From contig NC_069001.1 of NCBI RefSeq assembly GCF_001194135.2, positions 25,721,910 through 25,785,909 of the forward strand: a stretch of DNA of 64,000 nucleotides, written 5' to 3'. Origin of the DNA: Octopus bimaculoides. Its lineage: Eukaryota. Below, one piece after another: positions 39,232 through 53,367 of the stretch. The position numbers were made by a program, and so were the translations under genes. Position 1 is the first letter of the stretch, and each line of letters begins with the position of its first letter. A model generated the notes under the pieces. The model did not search any database. It saw only the letters and a list, made by a program, of their open reading frames with translations, and was not told the DNA's origin.

Positions 39232-39357
39232 CACACATACATACATACATACATATACACACACGTACATNNNNNNNNNNNNNNNNNNNNNNNNNNNNNN
39301 NNNNNNNNNNNNNNNNNNNNNNNNNNNNNNNNNNNNNNNNNNNNNNNNNNNNNNNNN

Positions 39358-39405
<48 letters not shown>

Positions 39406-39500
39406 CACACATACATACATACATACATATACACACACGTACATACACATATATCTATATTGACCCCTGAAATATACAAGTTTTTTTTCATTCTCTCTCT

Positions 39501-39905
39501 CTTTTACTCTTTTATTTGTTTCAGTCATTTGACTGCGGCCATGCTGGAGCACCGCCTTTTAGTCGAGCAAAGCAACCCCGGGACTTATTCTTTGTAAGAA
39601 TAGTACTTATTCTAACGCTCAATTTTGCCGAACCGCTAGGTTACGGGGACATAAACACACCAGCATCGGTTGTCAAGCGATGTTGGGGGGACAAACAAAG
39701 ACACACAAACACATACACACATACATATATATACATATATACGACGGGCGTCTTTCAGTTTCCGTCTACCAAATCCACTCACAGGGCTTTGGTCGGCCCG
39801 AGGATATAGTAGAAGACACTTGCCCAAGATGCCATGCATTGGGACTAAACCCGGGACCATGTGGTTGGTAAGCAAGCTACTTACCACACAGCCACTCCTA
39901 CGCCT
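39501..39905 (-). mobile_element. SINE-B, full length
   Basis: cttttactcttttatttgtttcagtcatttgactgcggcc ... accacacagccactcctacgcct. Confidence 0.95.
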
Positions 39906-40024
39906 ACAGGCGTTAATTTTCTCTTATTCCTTTCAGTTGAAGAGCATAAGCTGGAAACATAAAAGCTTTTTTCCTCCAGATTAAGCGCCCACACACGATT
40001 ATTGCTGAAAAGTATTCAATTAAA

Positions 40025-40812
40025 CGAGGGGGTACCCAAAAGAAGCCGGAATTTGCAATATTTTATTATTCACGTTTTTCCTTTTTTCACTTTTATTGCC
40101 TTGAATGTAGTCTCCAGTTGGAAGATTGAATCGGTTCAGACGCGTTTTCTAGTTTTCGAAGCAGTAGTGGAACTCTTAGAAACACCACCGTCGTTTATTT
40201 CTTCACCTCTTCGACATCTGCAAAACGATGTCCCTTAAGTAGTTTTTTCTTATTTCAAATCATGCAAACGTGCCACAAGTTTAGTTGCAACTCTTTCTAT
40301 TCGCAATTCCTCTCCCAAAAGTCGTTGGCAGGAGCTCCACGACACACTATTAATATCAATGGTTTCGTCAATTGTTCAGTGACTGTCCTCCAAGTTCAGT
40401 ACATGCATTTTCCTGATGTTTTCATTAGTTCAGGAGGTTGATGTTCGCCTTGTACACGACTGGTGTTCAAACGACAAGTAACCATTCCTAAAGTGTGAAA
40501 ACCTCTCATAGCAGCGTCGCAGCGAGCTGTTTGAAGCATGACAGCTGTTTTGGCCGGCGTAATCCCCACCGGAAAACAGAATTTCATGGAAGCACCCTGT
40601 TCCTTCGTTTCAGTCATCGCAAAAATCGTCTAACAAGGGAGAAGTACTGTAAATCAAAGAAGCACGACATGGCAGTACGACTACACTTGACGTCGATGAT
40701 CGGCAGACTGATGCCTGAGGGTTGCATCACGTGGCTTCTCGCGGCAGAAGCCTAATCTCCAATGGGCTTGTCCTACAGAGTAGGCTTCCGGTTACTTTTA
40801 GGTACCCTTTCA
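40025..40812 (-). mobile_element. Internally deleted mariner, both TIRs present
   Basis: TIRs cgagggggtacccaaaagaagccgg and reverse-complement tgaaagggtacctaaaagtaaccgg, with TA at 40813-14. Minus strand reads MTETKEQGASMKFCF, WSSCQRLLGEELRIERVATKLVARL, then jumps to KGHRFADVEEVK and GDYIQG. Confidence 0.9.
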
Positions 40813-41205
40813 TATATTAATCATAAATAATCATCTCCGATAATATCATATGACTAGAATCTTACCAACTTGAAACTGCAGTTTGTTTTCTTGTTCTGGT
40901 CACAAATTGAGAAGCGTTACACACCATACATATTTTATTTTTTAAAATTGTAATTTAATGTTTGGTTAACCTCCTCTTATTTAGTTCTGTCTCTTTCCAC
41001 GTTTACTTCATTTGTGTAGCTCAGTTTTTCGCCTATATTTTAGGGATGTCTTTTTTTTAAAAAAAACTGCTCTGTTTTAAGGTTGCCTTTTATTTTCTTT
41101 AGAATTTCATCGTTTCTTTTATATTTCGATTACATTTTTATTTCTCGCTTGCTAATAATAATACCTAAACAGCATTTTTCACGGTGGCAGATACATACTA
41201 ATTAA

Positions 41206-41374
41206 TACGACGGGCTTATTTCAGTTTCCGTCTACTAAATTTACTAACAAGGCGTTGGTCAGTCAGAGGCTATAGTACAAGACTACCTCCTTGTCCGAGG
41301 TGCCACGCAGTAGGACTAATCCCCGACCCATGTGGTGTCGAAGCAAGCTTCTTACTACACAGCCACTCCTGCGC
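41206..41374 (-). mobile_element. SINE-B 5' half
   Basis: tacgacgggcttatttcagtttccgtctac ... acacagccactcctgcgc. Confidence 0.88.
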
Positions 41375-42215
41375 GATGTTGAAAAATATTCAGAGTTTAT
41401 TTATTGAATGTAAAAACTGATTCACATATAACAGCACTCTTAATACACAATTATTACAACTATCACGTTAAATCACTAAGATATTACAATACTTTTGCTC
41501 AGTTTAACATATAATTCTAGTCATACATAATTCTCTCTCGCACGCATACAAGCAAGTAATAGAAAATCGTTACGGTAAATGTCGTGCCTAATGTTTATGA
41601 CGTGGTGTGGTAAAAGTTTTGGGCGCAGTATTTGATATATATATCCTGGGTGTATGAAAGGACAGGTAATAAACGTTTATTATAGGGGTGTTGTTACTTA
41701 GCCCTGTATCAGCTGAGATGAAGGAAACCCATGATGGACAATATTTGGATAATCAATCATGCAGCTTATTTTTAATCTTAGAAGAGCTTTTGATGCGGTA
41801 TATGTCCTTTCCATTCTCAGGGTTGAGAATATGTTGAAGAAGAATTGGCTGCTCTTTCTTTTTGTCGGTAGAGCTGAATAATGTTTTCCATTATGTTAAT
41901 GCTTTTTTCCCCTCTTGTTGAGATTTATTTCGAATATTTACATTTAAAGCATCTATTTATGTTACATTCAAGTTTGTCATATCTTTGCAGTGAATGAATG
42001 GATATTACATATCATCCGTGGTTAGGACTGACATATATTATCGGGTGTCATCTTGGATTTGAAAGGCTCCTGTGTGGAGGTTATAGCTTTATTTCTTCTA
42101 TCATAGCAATGTGAATAGGAAAAGTGGAAATCATATTAAACATTCAATCAATGGAGCTTTTGCTGCTGGTTGTATGATGTCAGTGATGTTCTTGGTCGTA
42201 TGTATGTAGCTGAGT

Positions 42216-42254
<39 letters not shown>

Positions 42255-43904
42255 GCTGTAAATATTTATGGTGATGGTGATGATATTGGTTTTGTGGATA
42301 TTAGTGTTTATATTGATGTTATTGATGGTTGTGGTGCTGTTGGCAGAGGGTCAATAAGCAGCCTTTCACATATAAATCAAACCCAATGCCAATGAGGATA
42401 ATTTAACCATAACCTACTGCTTATTCCAACGACATTAACTCAAGAAACATTTCTCATAAATAAAGAATGATCCTCACTTTATTGCTTAACTTTCTTATTA
42501 TAATTCTGGCTCTCTTCTATCAAAAACACAGACAGACATATAAACACATACATAATCAGAGAGTCGTTAAACTCATAAATGTGCACACTCTAGCAATTTT
42601 AAGTCTATATTTGCTATTTCCGCCATTTTGTTTCATTCTTCCCTCCACAATGTCTTCGAAACTAATCAATCTTTCTAGATCGTCGTTTTCGTTAGATATG
42701 AATATTTTCATTGCTTCAATTTCGTTGGCTTCATTTCTTCTATATCTTGTTAAGCTTCTCTCAATTTATTTCCCATTTCAACTTGTCTCAGTACTTCCTC
42801 TATCATTTCATTTCTTATTGTATAATGTCACTATTTCATTGTCCCCTCTCTCTGTTAATATCTATATATTTTCCTTTATAATTTATCCCTCGAAAGTTGT
42901 AACAATCTATCTTATATTCTCTCTCATACACATTGTTCACAATTTCTTTTCTTTTCTCTTCCTTAATCTCTATATAAATCTTTATATGTTTATCAAATTC
43001 CCTTGCACTCTATCCTTATATATCTGCTATATTATACTCTCTTCTTATTCTATTTACATTTCTCTACATTAATTTATCCATGTCAGTAAAAATTCTTCCT
43101 ATAAGCGAAAAACACTGACACCAACGGCGAAAAACACAGCGGATGTCTTTCATATATATATATTTACCGGCATTCCAAATTAAAAAAGTGCTTTAAAACA
43201 CTTTCCTAGGTGTCCATGGTCCCCTTTCTGTTAGATATTGTATATATATGTATGTATGTATACATATATATGCATGCATGCATGTATGTACATATGTATG
43301 AATTTGTGTGTGTGTGTATTTCTTGACTTGATTTTATCATCGATATGCTGCATTCCCCATGTCTCCTTACTTTATAACATGAAATCTGCATCATCTTAGG
43401 TAAATGTAGGCCAGTTTTATAGAGGTTCAATTCCATTTTTCATTTGTATAGTTATTGTCATACTTGCAATTGATAGACCGTTTCAGCTTGGAACAAAAGA
43501 AGGGAAAGATTTGGATTGCCTATTATCACCTTATTTGAACTTTTGCTTAAAATTCCTTGGCGTTCACACGAAGAATGATTTAAGGCATTCTTCTTTCCAT
43601 TAAAATTTGTGATGTGCTTGAATTCGAGAGAGATAACGACTGAGAAATCAGCGAGAGAATGGGTAAGCGTATCTGCGTGACAGAGAAAAGAAGGGACAGG
43701 TACATCGATAGCGAGAGAAATGGTGATAGGGACAGGTTCAAAACCCAAGAGAGAGAGAATGAGACATTGGAGTGTAAAAAATGTTAAAGTTATGTGTAAA
43801 AAATATATTATAATGTTTGGAAGGAAATATGAGGGTGGAACGAATAACTAAGCGGATACGAAATAAAACAATAGCATTTTATCGTATTTATCGTTTATCT
43901 TTTG

Positions 43905-44476
<572 letters not shown>

Positions 44477-46745
44477 GAGATATTGGTATCCATAGTTGAC
44501 AGACTTTTAAGTAAGACGGGTGTATGTGCACTCAATGAGAGAAGAGTTGAATTTGTATTTAAAAACAGTCTTGTTGTGCATCTGAATCTTATAAGTGAAA
44601 GAAGGAAACAATATTAGAAAGGAAGAATTTACGATATTTGGCAATGATACCCGGGAAAGTTCTCGGTCAATTAAAGCGTATTCTATATCTCTTACCCTGG
44701 TTTTAGAGTTTCCGTGCGTTCACGTGTTACAGTTTAAATAACATGCTAACACTATAAATAACGTTGATTAGACTTCGAAAATGCAAAAATAATCGGAATA
44801 TTTAGTAGTTACACATCAAACGATTTTCAACATAGATGAAACTAGATAAAAGTGAGAAGAAATTAAACGAAAATTTTGAGAATGCTGCTGGAAAAAAATC
44901 TTAATAAGAGAAAATGAGAAGGCCTGATAAAAGGTCTTCCGAAGGAAAGCAGAGGTCAATAATTTTACCAAAAATTCACAGCCGAATTACATATAAAATT
45001 ACATATAAAAGCAGTTTGTTGGGTCAAGTTTATAGTTGGTTGCTTTTGAATTGCTATGGGAGCTGTGCATTTTATCGTCTTCAAACTGGTGTAATCGTGA
45101 ATAAAGACGTTACAAGAGCAATGAATCTGATAGTATAGTTTGCTTGGTCACTCCCAGGAATAAATCTCTGATCAAATTTCAATTCAAATAGTCTCCAAGT
45201 GATCAACCGATGTGGAATAAATAGCAATCAAAATTGCTCCAAATCACCCTCCACTCCGCACTGTCATAAATAATGAAATGTAATGCTGAATAATGTAGTC
45301 CTATAATTCTAAAACCTAGGGGATCGTTACAATTTAAATGGGATTTTATTATAGGTCACCACCTCAAGTTGACTTAAGATTAAACATTAAATGATAGGTA
45401 GGAACTCTATGTTGCAACAAGCAAATGCCTACCTCACTGCCATTTTGTTGATATTCCTATCCCATCAATCTTATTTAAAAATCCGATACCGTTGTTATCT
45501 TATCTGAGATCAACTTATCGAGACGACATGAGATGAAAGTTGGGCAACCGATTAACTGGCATGTTCTTTTTCTTTAGTTTTGTGTCAAGTTGATATCTTT
45601 CAAGATGGCATGCGGTTACAGTTTCAAGAAGATATATTGCTAATTCTTAGAAATAAAATCTTGAAATGCTGCCTATTTTATTGGTGCAAATGTACTGTTG
45701 CCCTACCTCACGTATATACGAATTTTGTATGTGTAATCTAATTCATAGAATGTTTAACAAAACCATCATACATAACTCTTCGGGTATTTATAAAAGTAGA
45801 GACTTCTAACGTTTCCGTTCCGTACTGCACACCATTTAAATATTTAGCATCTACACATATGTTTGCCGTCAATGTGTTTCCACATTTCAATCTGATGAGT
45901 ACATATATATATATCTATATAAACACACGCGTGCGCACACACATATACACACACACATCTTTATGTCAACTATATTTTTGATTTAGTTATGTTAAACTTC
46001 TATCTCTAAAAGAGATAGGAGGTTAATATAACTAAATCCTTCATACACCATATTTGATGATATAATCCATGTACTTCTCCATATAACATTTCGCATCTCA
46101 ATCGCCGAAGCTTTGTACAGAGTTTACTTACAAACCAATGACTACGTCTGTCCGACTTATTTGAATTATTCTGTCGAGAGCTAGTGTGTTGTTAATGTCG
46201 GCCTTTTTCTGTATGCTGTAATGAATTTTAGAGCGTACACTCGTATTAATGAATCACCTAATTACACAGATACAGACATATACACATAAACGCACGCAGA
46301 CAAAAACCGACACACAAAACAAATACTCACGCACACACACACGCAATTAGAGTATAAATTATAAATGAATCTAATTTCCTGATGACACTCGGTGTCCGAT
46401 TACAAGTATACTCTAGACGAAAATTAAGCTTCTGTGGTAATAAAGAATGGTCATATGTACGACTCTTGAGACTCAGAATAACGTAACATTCGGGAAACGT
46501 CTCGAAGGAAGACGGGTCTACGACAGTACTATCTACCTATATCTAGTCAGGAAGATTTACACAGATACATAAAGATATATATTTGCACACACAAACACAG
46601 GCACACGCAAACAGGCAAAGACTCACACACGCACGCATACACAATAAAAGAAAGGCAGGGAAGTTTGGTAAATTTGTAAGTGTGTGTTACACATGATTCC
46701 TTATAGGTTAGGCGTTACGAGATATATGTATGTTTCTTACATTTA

Positions 46746-46967
46746 CGAAGGACTGCTGAAGAGTTCCTGGGTTTGAGTAAACGAAAATACAAGGGAATCA
46801 ATTTTATTATGATTTTATCCGCCATATGCCACTCACAGCATCACACTGTTATTGTAGCGGTCTTTCAGGTTTTTTTTTAAATCTCTGTAAAAGAATTCAG
46901 AATATTTGACCTTCAACCAGGCCTTTCGTGATATCCATAACACCACAAACATTATAGCTTCTACATG
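46746..46967 (-). mobile_element. Mariner MITE M1, degraded
   Basis: TA-cgaaggactgctgaagagttcctgg. The body is homologous to 4909-5116 (ggc.tttcgtgata). The right TIR is eroded. Confidence 0.75.
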
Positions 46968-46969
46968 TA

Positions 46970-47494
46970 CGAGGTCTGATCAATAAGTATGCGGACTGTT
47001 GCCATTATGACGACACTAGACCACACAGATTAAAGCCGTTTGTCAAAGATTGACCGTGAACTCTGCTGTACATGCGCACTCAGTTGTGACGTTCTCGTTT
47101 CTTCGGCTATTTACAGCAGTGCTCTGAATGAAGGTGTGTAACATCTGATCGCCACATTGACCATGGTAGAGCAAGTTGTCATGGTGATACCTGCTGAGAG
47201 GTCTACGCAAATTTCAGAAGGTTTCTGGAGAGGTGTGTATGAGCCGCACACAAGTGTACGAGTGGTTCAGACATTTCCAAGACGGCCGAAATCATGTCGA
47301 TATTGACAAACGTTCTGAGAGACCTGCAACTAGCAGAACTGAGAAAAATATCGCTGATATGCATACAACTCTGAGGGGAAATCGTCGAATTATCATCAGT
47401 GAGTTTTCAGAGGATGTGCAGATTAGTTACGGTTCAGTTCAGTCTATTATCACTGAAGATTTGAGGATGAGACACGTCTCTACAAAGTTTGTGC

Positions 47495-47498
<4 letters not shown>
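46970..47498 (+). mobile_element. Mariner 5' half (TIR + HTH region of transposase)
   Basis: TA-cgaggtctgatcaataagtat TIR, then MSRTQVYEWFRHFQDGRNHVDIDKRSERPATS...ISYGSVQSIITEDLRMRHVSTKFVP. Ends at (CA)n. Confidence 0.92.
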
Positions 47499-47549
<51 letters not shown>

Positions 47550-49236
47550 ACACACATATAAATATATGTATGTTTGTATGTATGTATGTATGTATGTATA
47601 GATTTATACATACATATATAGTTGTGTGCGTGTGTGTCTATACCTTTAAACATGTAACATTAGTTACACGTAAAATCATTGATAAAATTATTCCAGAATC
47701 TCATAACACTCTCGTTCATCTTATTTACATTAAATATAGTAATTTTCTTCCGGCGAGTGAAAAGCGGGAATGAATTTGAAAATGTAGTTGAATTTTGAGA
47801 ATCATAGTTTCATGGGGATAACTCAGATGCTAGCCTGAAGTAAATTTATCTCTTCGCTTAATTTTTTTATAGATACAAACGAAATAAATATAAGTCAACT
47901 AGGAATGGATGAGGTCTGAGAATTGAGTGAAATAAACAAGTACAGAGAAAATATTGCTATATCAAAGATCGTTTGCTACTTGTAAATAAAATGTGGTAGA
48001 AAGAGGAAGAGAAGAATAGATTTGTTGCTGGACAGATGGATATTGTGGACGTAGGAATAGATGGGTTTCATAAATTAACCATGCTAGGGTACCGTCTTGA
48101 AAGGATTACCGGAACAAATTCTCTTCACGAATGTGCTTAGTTGTTCTTCCAATTTTTCAAATTCCTAAGTTACAGGGACATAAACAAGTATACACAGATT
48201 GACACCATGTATTGGTGGTGGCTGTTTCGCTGTTATTTTATCTCCGTTAGGTTTGGAATATACTTCATTGTGGCCTCTTCCAAGAAACCAGCATTTGTTT
48301 TCGTCCTGTTTACATTTCCCTAATATTTAAGCTTCTTTATTTGACATTTGCTTGACACATGTGTTTCAATATTCATTTTTTTCTCAAGAAACTCAATATT
48401 GAACTTGTTACTTCCGCTATTATATCATGTGAATTTTCCATTAATTTTAAGTATTTCCTTGTATTTCTTTTAGTATTTTCTCGTATTTTCAAGTATTTTC
48501 CGGTATTTTCCATTGAAGCTGTCTCTAATTACACTGTAATTTCCAAAAAAGTGGTCATTAAGTAGTGTCTAACTCTTTAATCTGCTTAGCAGATGTAGCA
48601 GAAAAATTTCGTTATCTGTCGCCATTCGATTCTCTGACTTCGAAAGATGATACATAAAGAGAGATTGTCTTACATTTTCATTTGATAATTCCAGCATACT
48701 TTTTATTTGGTTTAGGTATAAATGACCAACATTCTGTAAATTAGTTGTCGGATCAAGTGTCATGTAAGCTGTTCAGGTGGTAATCAACGGCATTTTTGGG
48801 CCGGACGATTTCTCCATACGTATTTGGAGTCATGCGTGACACGGTGTTAATTCAAAGATGAGATGCAGCTCAAAACAAGCTTACGAGTATGATTGTTAAA
48901 AGAAATCCCTAATCTGTAGTTGGATGAATACTTAAGTCATCATCAGAGAAGTATTCTTAGAATATTCTTAGTTTATAAAAGATGGTCGCACCACGTGACG
49001 TAACGCTATGCCTTTGGAGCGGTCTAGTTCAATTATATCTATATATCAGAATGATAATAAGCTATTACTTAAAGCAATTATATATAATATCAGGATTTTA
49101 AGCAACACAGATTTATCTTATTTCTACATAAAACTTCTCTTCTTTCAGCGAATTATTTATCCTAGAAAACGCATAAGTGTGTCTGTGTGTGAGTGTGCTT
49201 AATATGTTAGTGCATTGTGAGAGTTTTGATTCTGTT

Positions 49237-49460
49237 ATTCTTATACTTGTTTCAGTCATTTGACTGCGGCCATGCTGGAGCACCGCCTTTATTCGAGCAA
49301 ATCGACCCCAGGACTTATTCTTTGTAAACCTAGTACTTATTCTATCGGTCTCTTTTGCCGAACCACTCAGTTACGGGGACGTAAACACACCCAGCATCGG
49401 TTGTCAAGTGATGATGGCGGAGGTGGACAAACACAGACACACAAACATATACACACGCAT

Positions 49461-49503
<43 letters not shown>

Positions 49504-49671
49504 CATATATACGACGGGCTTCTTTCAGTTTCCGTCTAAATCCACTCACTAGGCTTTGGTCGGCCCGAGGCTATAGTAGAAGACAGTTGTCCAAGGTGCC
49601 ACGCAGTGGGAATGAACACGGAACCATGCGGTTGGTGAGCAAGCTACTTACCACAAAACCACTCCTGCGCT
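49237..49671 (-). mobile_element. SINE-B, full length
   Basis: tacttgtttcagtcatttgactgcggccatgctggagcaccgcc ... ccactcctgcgc. Confidence 0.95.
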
Positions 49672-50260
49672 TGGCTATTTTCTGCACTTCAAATTGGGTA
49701 ACTACTTAGGAAACCTACTTTGGTCTACGATGTTTGAATCAAATTGAGCTGTAGAAGAAAAGTTTCTAGATCACTTAAATCGAAGAAAAATGTACTGGAT
49801 GCCTGTGAGCCTGCACTGGAAATAGAATAAAGTTCGGCCAAAGGGTCCGAAAAATGTAATAGGATATATGATTATAATATTATTGAATTAACTTCCTCAG
49901 CAATCAGTTCATGTTTATACTTGAAATATTATCATATGGGAAGAAAATATTTCCAAGCAAATTTCTGTCGCGAAACTTTATTTTCAGTGTGTTGTGTGTT
50001 TTACTTTTATATCTACTTTATTCTAGGAAATAACATGCCTGACCACGGATATTTAGCATGATAAATTTATATCTAAAAGTATCTTTCGATAAATTTCTGT
50101 TTCAAATTGGTATTGATAGCTAATACGATATGACTAAAATGATGTAGATTTAGTTCCTAGGTGGTCGAGAAAATATTGTATCAGTACAGTTCTGGGGACG
50201 ATGCTATCGAATGCTACTCTCCATCTTGATAATGATAATAATAATAATAATAATAATAAT

Positions 50261-50479
50261 AACGACCAGGTACCGAAAGTACAGCATTGGAAACTGTGTG
50301 AAAAGTTGGGGCTAGAGTGAGACAAGACGTGGTGTAAGCAGAGACCACAGAGAGTGACAGAGTCTGAGATTAGCTAAATGCTCTTGGGGGTTTCCAATCC
50401 AAACCAGGTGTTAATGCATAACACACCGGTCCTTGTGGTGGTGGACAAGGTGCACCACGTATGGTATATAGTTGAGTTT
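50261..50479 (+). mobile_element. R4/Dong-clade (RLE-type) non-LTR retrotransposon fragment
   Basis: One frame with two stops: NDQVPKVQHWKLCEKLGLE*DKTWCKQRPQRVTESEIS*MLLGVSNPNQVLMHNTPVLVVVDKVHHVWYIVEF. This matches the H-W-x-L-C ... HN-x-PD-x-VVVDK pattern. Confidence 0.75.
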
Positions 50480-50560
50480 CAAAAGCAATTTCGACCTCGA
50501 AGGAATTTTAACTCCGAACGTAATGGTCGACTAAATTTCACTTGCTACAGATTCTGCCAA
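50470..50560 (-). mobile_element. SINE-C fragment
   Basis: aaaagcaatttcgacctcgaaggaattttaactccgaacgtaa...attctgccaa. Confidence 0.55.
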
Positions 50561-52728
50561 TGAGAATAATAACAAATTTTTATTTGTGTATTTACAAGTG
50601 AAAAGCTTTTTTTGGAGATTTTTTTACAAAGTTTTTGTTCTTTAGGTGTAAGTAATTTTGGTTTGTTGAACCACTTTATATTTAAGCCAAATAGTATCCT
50701 TACAAGTTAGCTGCTCTTTTGAACTATTCGTCCGTTAGGGAAAATTTCTAGGCTGAGTTGATCGTGCTAATGGATGGATATTTGATTCAAATGTTCATGA
50801 AAATATAGGCCCTATCTCGGACTTGATCAGTCTACCAGATGACACAAACCGGTCCGTAGCCTTTGAGGGCAAAAAGTCACGTTCTCATTCGTGTGCTGCC
50901 TCAATTTCGGTTAATGCCTTCTGTTCACTGCAAAGTAGAAAATAAGGATTAGTTATTCTGCTGAAAGAATCAATGCAGGAACAAAGCCAGCAGCAAAAAT
51001 TCAGTGGCAATAACAACAGTGGTATCTAGCCACTACAGAATTAATTAGAACATCTGTAAGATTGACAGTAGTAGAAACAACAACAGCGACAATGCATGTA
51101 GCGTCAGCTCACATGACTGGACATGGTATCTCGGCAAGAAAAGCAACATCAGCAACAACATGAATTGTGGAATCTACATCAACAGAAAGTACAACAGCAA
51201 AAATAATTTTAGTTGACAGCAGAAGTTTGAAATCCCTTTAGAGTAAACTCTGACTTTCATCCATTCAGGGTTGGGAAAATAAAATGTAAAGTGCAGGGTT
51301 CGATGATATAAACTATACCAGCCACGTAAAATTTATTTGTTTTTTTTTTATGATACGTTAATGAATTATTTTTTTCTTCTATATAACATATGTCAGTGTG
51401 ATTTATTACGTGAAACAAAACAAATAAGCAAAGTTATATCCAACGATCTTTTTTTTTATCATCATTTTTATTGTATTACAAATGAACTTGCTCTGATATA
51501 GTATGCTGATATATACTGGAATAATTTGTGCTAGTGCATATTTTAAGTACATATGTATTTATATACATACAAGTGTGGAATATATTAGTGCTTAATGTAT
51601 GGGAATGGCATTGATATAATATATGATCTTATTGCCAGTGTATCATATTAAGTATTCTGGATAAGACAAAGCGAAAGTATTTCTATGAGTCTACAGGTTC
51701 ATATATGTGTAAGCGTAGGGCAACTGTGGTAGAGAAAATGTTAATGTCGTTAGTGCGAAAAGCCTGCTGACTCTAGAAGTGGATGTGTTTACAATAAACA
51801 AGTATCGAACAAAATTCTGCTGGTGTTGGACGAGATGATGGATGAGATAGATATATTGTCTAATCATTAGACACATAACCCCATTTGCTTTTGGCTGTGA
51901 TTTTGGAAGAACATCAGCGAAATATACGCGTCAATTAGAGCAAAAATGATATCGGTCAAAATTAATATTTCAAATCCTGAACGAGTAAAAGCTTCCCTCT
52001 TCACTGCTTAGGGATGGCCATATAGGATGGATTGATGACCACCACTATATTGGCACATTGCTGCATACAAAACCTATGAGATGCCATGTTTGATCTAGTT
52101 GTAGATACTGTGAGTATAGACTAAAGATGATGCGACCAGAAATAGGTGAGTATGTGTCAATTTAATACATGCATGCAGCCTATATATCTCAATGTTCATT
52201 AGATATATAAATTTGGAGAGGTACCGCTGGTAGCAAAATTACCGGGTTAAAGCGGGGTAAATGGCCAATCGGCTACCAAAATGGCAAGATCTACGTACTA
52301 GTTACTAGTGTCTGAGTGTGTGGGATGTGGGTCTAGGAAAAGCAATTTAGACGCCAATGAAATTGGAAGCTCGGGAATACTTCACTATCTTTGTAATCCT
52401 CTTCCCTGAATAACAATGAAATAATGCAAAAATGGCAAATCAGTTTTTCTATTTAAACATAGAATTTCAGTTAGTCTATACACGGGTCGAGTCTAGATTG
52501 ATGCTGTTTCGCTGTAATTGAATAAAACCACTATATAAATCCTAAAAGCGTTGCTGATGATCACAGTAAGTCTTTAATAAAATATTCATAAAGCTAATGA
52601 CGCGATGCGATATGTTCACCAAGTGAACATAGTAGACGAGATGTTAGCAACTTGTTTGTGGACACAGTTTTGAGAAGAGAGCAGCTCAATCAACTGCAAC
52701 TCTCACAATTATTTAAAATTGGAATATA

Positions 52729-52768
<40 letters not shown>

Positions 52769-52869
52769 NNNNNNNNNNNNNNNNNNNNNNNNNNNNNNNN
52801 NNNNNNNNNNNNNNNNNNNNNNNNNNNNNNNNNNNNNNNNNNNNNNNNNNNNNNNNNNNNNNNNNNNNN

Positions 52870-52922
<53 letters not shown>

Positions 52923-53367
52923 ATTTATGTCTGTGTGTGTGTGTTTATTTATGTGTGTGTGTGTGTGTGTTTATTTATATATGTATGTGTGTGTCCTCGC
53001 GCGCTTGTGTGTGTGTGAGTATGTACATATTTGTTTCTAAGTGTCTTGACGTAGCTACTACAATCAAATATTATAACCTTACATCAATTTTGGTATCGTA
53101 ATTTTGATAACTTATACGGTCGATTTAACACACAGCTGATTAATAATTTGATCGCTCATTAACTGTCGCATAACTACGTTGTCGCTCTTGCAACGTGTCA
53201 AATTTTACAATAACCACAGTCAGGTTTTCCTTTAATGAAAGATAATCGATCGTGAGTGGAGGTTAAACACTAGCATTACTAGGAACATTATAATGGCTAA
53301 CTTTCTTATTCTAGGTACAAGATGATATTTCCGTTGTCGCTCTCATTCTCGTCACTCCCTTCCTTTA

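Noticed and set aside
39186-39440. Apparent direct repeat around a gap
   Set aside because: Identical sequence on both sides of the N run indicates overlapping contig ends. The same applies at 15695.
42467-43072. 201-aa hydrophobic ORF resembling a membrane protein
   Set aside because: The T/C-rich strand yields F/L/I/S codons and avoids stops. There is no domain signature.
44800-45000. IFNIDET motif suggesting a pogo/Tigger transposase
   Set aside because: It is a single short motif surrounded by stops, with no TIRs found.
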